The position numbers were made by a program, and so were the translations under genes. A stretch of 64,000 nucleotides of DNA from Monocercomonoides exilis PA203. Its lineage: Eukaryota; Protista; Preaxostyla. The notes under the pieces were generated by a model that saw only the letters and a list, made by a program, of their open reading frames with translations, did not search any database and was not told the DNA's origin. The stretch spans positions 434,001 through 498,000 of the forward strand of contig LSRY02000057.1 in assembly GCA_001643675.2 (NCBI GenBank). The letters run 5' to 3'. Positions within the stretch are counted from its first letter, which is position 1. Each line of letters starts with the position of its first letter. Positions 59,901 to 64,000 of the stretch are shown here, one piece after another.

Positions 59901-62786
59901 AGAATGATGAAGAGAAGAAGAAGAGAGGCAAAGAAATTGGAGAGGAAGCAAATGCGAACAGAACTTATGAGAAGACAGAGAGAACAAGAGCTGATGGAAA
60001 GAGAGGACATTAAAGAACAAAAGAAAAAAGCAGGCTCTCATTTAGCAGGATCTGAAGTTCCACGCCAAGTTCAGGAAGGCAGAAACGAAACTGTTGGTGC
60101 TGTATCTCAAAATGACAATCAGGTGAACATTGAAAATCTAAGCAGCAAAGAATTAGTGAGCACAAATCTATCAGTACGCCGGGAGGTGGACGTTGTTGAG
60201 AGCGAAACAGAAAGTGAAAGCGATTCATCTGACTTGGAATGGATAGACTTTGATGAGTTCAGATTTCCTTATCTTCCTTCACCGTCTCTCTTTGACTCTC
60301 CTGTACACACGGCACAACCGACGCCAACTATTTCACCAGCTCCTGCACAGAAAGCAAATGTAGACACACAAATTGAATCAGTTCCTAAGCCTCAATCGTC
60401 AGATGCATCAAATCAACAAGCATCTTCACTTGGAAAGGAAGGTACTGTATCAGAAAGAAAAGAAGAGAAACCGGAAATTATCTCATCAACTTCAACACAA
60501 CAATCAACCGAATCTCAGCAGACGAAAACTAACAATGCAAATTTAGTTAAAGTCAATGAAGAAGTTTCTAAACAACCTGAAACAACTCCAAAGCGATTGT
60601 CAGCCAAGATGCTTCAGGCGATGGATGTGGAAGAACAACGAGAAAGGGAAGAAATAAAGGCAAAACTCGGATGGCGCGAGAGGAGAACAGACGAATCATC
60701 CAGCTCGTATGGCGGAGGAGCTGGAGAAAGAGGAGAAGAGCACAGGCGAGGAAGAGGGAGAGGACGAGGAAGAGGAGATCATAGAAGAGGATCGAGCACG
60801 AGGGATGGAGATCGAGCAAGGGTTAGAGGAAGCGGAAGAGGAGCATTTTCAAATCAGATGGATCATGCAAATCGTTCTGCCTCAGAAACAGCTGTCATGT
60901 GGATGAAAAAGAGGATTCGAGAAAGAGAGTTTCTTTTGGAATCAGACGCATGGGCTGCAACAGAAGAAGCACTTCACATGAACCCATTTGCTGAGGAGAC
61001 CATATTCCAAGTTGGCAATGACTTGACAGATGAACACAAATACACAGCAATTGACGAAGCCAACATGAAAGAAGATTTAGAAAGTCAAAAATTGATTGAT
61101 ATGTTTAAAACCACTCAAATTGAAAAATCAGGCGATCTGTCTGGAATGCAAACTTCTCCAGGTGAGGAGAACAAAGAAACAGAAGAAAAAACACGAGGAC
61201 GAAGAGGGAGAGGAAAAAGAGGGAGAGGAAGAGGAAGACTTCGGGGAAGAAGAGGAGGAAGTGAAATGGAAAATGATTTAACAGGCAATGATATGAATGC
61301 GGAAATTATGAGCGAAGAAGACACAGAAAGGATGATGATGAGCGTATTTGATCAACAATGCAAGCCAGATGCTTCAGGCGGTTTCCCAGAGCCATCGACA
61401 TTTTTAAATCAAGGAATTTCAACTGGATATGAATTTGCAGACTTCAGTCCAAGTTCGTTTAATTTACCAATTGAGGGAGTTAAAGAAAGGCTTGGGGCAT
61501 CAGCTGGAAAAGGTTATCAAGTTAATGAAATCAGCGAAGTCGGTGCAATGATGCCAAAGATTGAAGAGCAACAATTTATAAACGCTCCATTTGCAAGATG
61601 GGATTCAAATAAAATGCTAATACCAGAAGAAGAAGTATTTGGTGCGCCCATGTTAACTGGCGACGCATTTGGGAGATCTCTGTCTGTCGATGCTGGTGAA
61701 AGATGGTTGCGTTGGAGAGGATCCGTGAATGAAGAAGACGGTGATTGGTTGACAAATGAATTCTCGATTAATTCATGGGGTGATGGCAGCGGTAATCAGA
61801 TCAAAGAATTTGAGCCTGATAATTCGAAGGACTCTCTGACGGAGCAAAACGACTCTGATAATTTGGAACATGGCCGCTGGGTTGAAGGGGAAGAAGAGAA
61901 ATGGCAGAGAAGGAGAAGATTTGTTCAACACGAAGAAGCAACTTCTGTTCACACAGCTATTGGAAGTCACTTAATTAGCACTCAACATAATCCCCATGAA
62001 GTTCATATGCCTGCAGCTTTCACTACATCTTCAACTTTGCCATCAAATCAACTGCTTCCAATTACGAGTATCATTGGAGGAAGAGGGAGTTGGGGAATGC
62101 GATGGAGGGAAAGCGGAAGAGGAAAGTGGCGCGAGCGTCAAGAAAACAGAAGAGCATTCAGAGAACGAAAGGAGTGGGGAATATGGGGAACAATGGATAA
62201 GAGAGAACGAAGAATGGCTGAATTGGGTGTAATTATGGAAGAGGAAGTTGATGGAGATGAATTTGCGCAAATGGATGAATATGAAGATGAATACATCGAA
62301 GGAGACTTTCAATCCGAATCCCTTCCTTATCTCTCAGATAGAGTTGGAAGATCAACCGGAGAAAGAGATATCACTGAATTTGACAGTGAAAAAGATTTTG
62401 GACAATCTTATGATGCAGAAAAGCATGGGAGCAAGACAAATGCAGGAGTAACGAGTTTTTATTCCCACGTGAAACAGAGCAATAAAGAGTTATTTGAAGG
62501 AAAAGAGAACTCTTTGAACGAAAAATTGCGTAGAAGCAAAACACGTATGAAACGAAGTCGCATGAATTTTCCTGAGAACAAGTCTCATCCTTCAAAATCA
62601 ACATTTGATGGAGAGAGTTTGAATGATGAAGCTTCAAAAATAGCTCATTTTAGTGGCTTCTCAAAAGGAAGGGGAAAAGAAAATGATCGGGAAAAGAGGA
62701 AAAGAGGAAGAGGAAGAAGAAGAGGAGGCGGAAGAGGAAGAGGAAACAATCAGGATGAACTTAACGTAGCGAATCAGAAAACTTGA
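50952..62786 (+). CDS. Trf4/PAPD5-like non-canonical poly(A) polymerase, 3944 aa, single exon, mostly low-complexity
   Basis: First ATG at 50952. Motifs YGSMTTGLYLPQGDADL (GS...DxD), ARVPVVK...VDVS (third Asp), LKVFL...EPYTGGMGSY, LGVLLFTFFHLY and LCVEDP...NIG (PAP-associated domain). RG/RGG tracts at the C-terminus. Confidence 0.9.
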   Translation: MDEKLIDSVQTTCCKNRTYLHSYLRPTSISRTIYLCPNPSLIFTEFDLQKAYTLSFPAMEENSNDIISSYLSSIKKEIYENYPWAISSFFSYIDAKDPMDALTFELQDFTKFMSPTLTEYLFRRHVVDRVSRVVNDCWPKAQLHVYGSMTTGLYLPQGDADLSILGLPNGLPQFRIQNRNKILPLTPHLYFQDLMGFDRKKECLSSPRQVSFTQTISSLLATASSISKNSNFQPSSLRNTSAPFSPPSSAISPNLSSSSMAHSIFSPMTNQQMVVASLLHLSHNLSSHPEAKDVVCLSNARVPVVKHIDVTGDISVDVSAGAADGIINSWLVRLWVVGTEEAAESGSEETAPEDQAPHAPNDAMETRNSQLSNENGNCPLTVANPKPTRTLSPIVFDAAPVPLEGMEQTNNKKKERENTASDELSLTTDTLMPSFVNAGNAQTLEHENTNQNEKQQQNQQQPQPQPQPQPQPQPQLQPQKTTQSFQAAQPALTANPTGSKQTAPDTKSDSSCASANNIPFSSALRPLLLFLKVFLISQRVSEPYTGGMGSYLLTLLVVSHFQMWSRNYGQERKNRQAKRQSQNQSQNQAPFQTQNTTKTTEQASIDQQPPSLGVLLFTFFHLYALRFPYRTHGISVRGRGFYFTRDTWQREKEKSREKEREWEQSVREIAEIVEYKDSALPFRADSPWRDATEHKDLQTERGNIFSDVAVERERDGDRERIVEWRDRMQCDGIKPPPLSVFNNRSVLEEMAVPSLSRSSSSSSSSSSNDDELLSEAALPDKSFDPHSTSEPSAFSQKDQMHSFQSSACDTTTNAAVNINTTPTKQHNLIYQQSFTPTSNRSLSSSPSSSPTRSHHHSRARSPFLCVPYSTLPVSTSVLSAAIPLTLCVEDPQHPSVNIGATCWNFSAVHSAFVAGLWALMAPWELWKRKKECELQDELIASLPIKDTNTDVNTNSVCEEVMIQNRRNAQNENQNNGIDSVVLSSSKEDDVPQQLNNDNNTHNNSISSPANQTSDNTPKHNHSSTHSQQQVECCCRFPSSSLAGSSQLPPLSPPLPSLTSPPPEFTALLPLPLASSAHPSTNTSLPFTSSRSPAAFTAPPVPLDSPFTRSTSSSTTHATSTTTTTSSSSLASSLSSSSSSSLTSSPNHHPPVISSKHPTILSRLASLTPAFTQWRSELNGRVWKDMEAEWDELCETHREALRKEMMEMEKKKNAKREKTRRKRMERKMKLRQKELLSLIDTQQKTAEGAVASSDRENGAAIKTDKGNDTTIESSASKDKSSEHSLVVLVDRNTQEKMADEESNNQQNSRNSTPLLTKTSQVNGNEEEGDDSDKSDMCDGDDASSFSSAVSGAFSVVSSRSVTPSGTPRKKRRRRRRSKKRLEQLETNNKEIVGNLNYSVDANESASVGEAGNVSESSNSVFIQPQTHSSNHTDIHSEHSNASQMEFLRQKLELLQNAGSDQESVSSCSSEHSSAAPSSFAFTNSKADIQTPPNSIVSSAESFEGTSSDAADEAKDLNTISIHCESLTITQPSKQTTSTNSSSSSHNISSSTQALPPAPLSSSSSSSSSSSSNSSSSLSHSVQKSSSSSSRSSSSPNSVPFAPIPRRVPPLLPPTANHSTSFSISRLASSSPTLSFPSQNGSPLITQSQQLSPQLPPTSSTQPPSLQSLQSLPSLSSSPSAASFALPPLPSSPSIKRRAASPLSSSLPLTHRSVSPLPSTSQQAFHLYSSHSSATAPSTSATSPSSSLPNNANNSVSFHQVSVPSLSISSSSTSPSSSSSFSSSFFPSSSSSSSSNSRSSSPSLLSCMSNGRYSSSPTPSTASSSGASMSPPLTPSSLNTYQSGMTSPSSPSCMTPTVYSPSFPPLSSYLSQLAQTIVADSHAFDEENADILLADFFASTTPSAHSEEFQRKGTKENGEAGKQSCSQNENSYLANDGAAAGIDFGVSQGMNYSQSPFHLFEETKKASKGDGMTNEDIISMSPRSAFVSLRAQTTQNNGISLQSTTNNATTNTSKQSSTATTAQTASSNASMPSSSSSSSSSSSSQLFTSVLSDCFPFEPLFAPRHRLQFDPNALVIESETQLYPSSFTPYLFPTFAPIPKIPRPLAIEPVTLTPNSLAPINRPPISSPPPLFSLTPNSFSPAPTSSPPPSFSPFAFSVSSQLQSSLHQWQLALPRRPFSFAAQRLVSHPFFAPVLESLISSAYSRSSGAKGDAMNSSQQNISSSRNADAQTSNQIQTQTQNIPSSSSSSSSSISSSSLQQTIPKSEKTIDSPNDSTSHPAIASSPLPIFSPTTIVKPLPITLNPTTPPFQPRGRLPVASTPSLLSSSSAAPSSSSPPAVDPSFSPFISQSFPDPVKSPPTSRSASLTSQTINQPPTKQPPLLLTVTQFPSVSHITVSNRQSSPAASSSPSFSSSSSSSSAVSPSPSPVSSPSRNSSKNLIKKQASNSSQYSSTSQALSFQLLDPSPPPSPLSMLSSQSSNTPTKTAASAGHSKLAQQTEQHSNTSASSSSVSASQSSNSTSYSSIAASSTVSTTNKKASNNQPETVSVPKVVKTLSAESVPFVPGSKKLSSIIASSQAQSNSSETLPASSSSASSSTQPAASAQPGSKTVYQTARKLDVNGAALAPLLPTPTPKFQVKLGANRTASVTTSFSSPNNSSSLPSAQSDAVASSESNGNYPSSLASSSPPPSEISSTNSATSSEEGGEAINVSSQTYTTNENEKDIKNTEEKQNILDSKIQSDNSQITVPEDSSSSMLSAAPSVSTAIAGKVAGNAHLPLSEHHIHHSLTPNSLAPIPPDEYEDNAEAEKEESDKQSSNEALSADSPLEYDIESDDYDTDDDDLSFVVEEKGEMLKEMFDEPESDNSPSPGSQQLRHLQRKDVRSTSPTLSLTLSLSDSSPPSSPIPADLSNLELSSTISQSHSRHRRHQQSLTNSPNTSSPSSFSFTPPLSSPNKKQTSTASDVQTTLLSDEALLFDLFDEADEITWRMMKRRRREAKKLERKQMRTELMRRQREQELMEREDIKEQKKKAGSHLAGSEVPRQVQEGRNETVGAVSQNDNQVNIENLSSKELVSTNLSVRREVDVVESETESESDSSDLEWIDFDEFRFPYLPSPSLFDSPVHTAQPTPTISPAPAQKANVDTQIESVPKPQSSDASNQQASSLGKEGTVSERKEEKPEIISSTSTQQSTESQQTKTNNANLVKVNEEVSKQPETTPKRLSAKMLQAMDVEEQREREEIKAKLGWRERRTDESSSSYGGGAGERGEEHRRGRGRGRGRGDHRRGSSTRDGDRARVRGSGRGAFSNQMDHANRSASETAVMWMKKRIREREFLLESDAWAATEEALHMNPFAEETIFQVGNDLTDEHKYTAIDEANMKEDLESQKLIDMFKTTQIEKSGDLSGMQTSPGEENKETEEKTRGRRGRGKRGRGRGRLRGRRGGSEMENDLTGNDMNAEIMSEEDTERMMMSVFDQQCKPDASGGFPEPSTFLNQGISTGYEFADFSPSSFNLPIEGVKERLGASAGKGYQVNEISEVGAMMPKIEEQQFINAPFARWDSNKMLIPEEEVFGAPMLTGDAFGRSLSVDAGERWLRWRGSVNEEDGDWLTNEFSINSWGDGSGNQIKEFEPDNSKDSLTEQNDSDNLEHGRWVEGEEEKWQRRRRFVQHEEATSVHTAIGSHLISTQHNPHEVHMPAAFTTSSTLPSNQLLPITSIIGGRGSWGMRWRESGRGKWRERQENRRAFRERKEWGIWGTMDKRERRMAELGVIMEEEVDGDEFAQMDEYEDEYIEGDFQSESLPYLSDRVGRSTGERDITEFDSEKDFGQSYDAEKHGSKTNAGVTSFYSHVKQSNKELFEGKENSLNEKLRRSKTRMKRSRMNFPENKSHPSKSTFDGESLNDEASKIAHFSGFSKGRGKENDREKRKRGRGRRRGGGRGRGNNQDELNVANQKT
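52334..52388 (+). repeat. (CAGCCT)n hexamer encoding a (QP)n tract
   Basis: Read directly, within the Trf4-like CDS. Confidence 0.9.
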
Positions 62787-64000
62787 GGTTAAGTGTTGTT
62801 CAGTACAGATCAAAACAGAGTTCTCTTGTTCATTTACTTTGGTAACCTTTTTTTAACATTTTTGAAAATTAGAATGTTTCATTTTTTGTGGAAAAGCAAA
62901 CAATTAATGCTTCTTTTTGTATTATTTTATTAAATAAAGTTTATTGTTGTTATTTTTTCTTATTTCTGTTTTTGATTTAAGTTTGTTAAGAACCAACCGA
63001 ATTATTTGCATTTATTTGAGAAAAGATACAGATAATGCGTGTCATTATTTTTAAAAATACATTTTCTCTTTTTAAATATAGGTTTGAGAGTTCACTTTTG
63101 TTATTGACAAATAAACACATAAATGTTTTATCTCCCTTCACAGTGAAATTTATCATGAACACAATCTCAAGCATCGTTCTTTTAAACAATTATCAATATT
63201 ATTTCTTTTGGATTAAAATGCATTTTCAAAGGAAAAAAAACATTTGATAAATCTTCACCCCGAAAAAAGTTATGATTTCAAAAATTATCTCCAAAATTCA
63301 TTATGCTCCAAACTTTTTCTGCTATTTTCTCACAAAATGCTATGTATTATCACACAAAAAAATCTTACAAAAAATGTTGTAAGTGATACAGATTCAAAAA
63401 TGCTGCTTTTAATATAATTCTTTAAAACTTCAAAATACGTTCAATTTTCAACATAATTCTAACCTGAATGAAAAAAGGCAACGTCTTATCCCAAACTATT
63501 TCAACTGTCAAATCATTATGATATAAAATTAATAAAGTGCCAATATGTGAAATAGTCTCATCTAATAGTTAAGTTTGTTAGCTGCTGAAAAGTGCTGATT
63601 GGCTTTCAGTACTTCAAAAAACCTTTTTTACATGTTCAACAAAATTTGTTCACAATTTGTTTTTTTTATTTTTGCTTATTACACATTGAGAAATTTCGTT
63701 TTTTTGTGAAATTTGAAAGGACTTTTACCAGCCAACCAGGCAACTCCCTAAAAATAAATGACTCGTTTTGAATAGCGTTTACTTTTCAAGATTTATTTTA
63801 TAAATTCTTTTTTGAACGAACAATTTTTTTCATTTTATTTTTTCGTTTCATTTTTATAACATTACATTAAAGCAAATTTATTTATTTCGTTGCAAATATT
63901 ATGAAAAGAGATAATTAAATAAAAATATTTATATGTATATTTGACTAAATATTTCACTTCATGCATTTTCATATAAATATTATGCACATTTCATTGATTT

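Noticed and set aside
62790-64000. Terminal AT-rich region with two short ORFs
   Set aside because: No convincing coding, repeat or RNA structure seen.

Overview
AT-rich eukaryotic genomic DNA with short GT-AG introns and the standard genetic code. The gene style (giant Cys/Gly-rich single-pass surface proteins with a kinase-like tail, Ser-rich low-complexity proteins) resembles the oxymonad Monocercomonoides; this assignment is inferred, not proven. The dominant structure is a ~16.7 kb palindrome with arms ~4199-12472 and ~12671-20939 and a ~200 bp spacer. It joins two convergent receptor-like genes with an essentially identical C-terminal ~2100 aa but clearly diverged N-terminal heads of ~490 and ~530 aa. 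The switch point falls exactly on an ectodomain module boundary. Other contents: a decayed DD35D pogo-like transposon with TIRs and TA TSD plus a nested mini-element; relics of a second pogo-like and a Merlin-like transposase; a 5-exon alkaline-phosphatase-superfamily gene; a 10-exon ~5000 aa RalGAP-alpha-like gene; a nested MITE/repeat zone; a cyclin Y-like gene; and a 3944 aa Trf4-like non-canonical poly(A) polymerase. Three small spliced genes are absent from the ORF track: a secreted CxGGKC peptide, SERF/4F5 and an AGTRAP-like protein. All exon models and alignments were done by eye.
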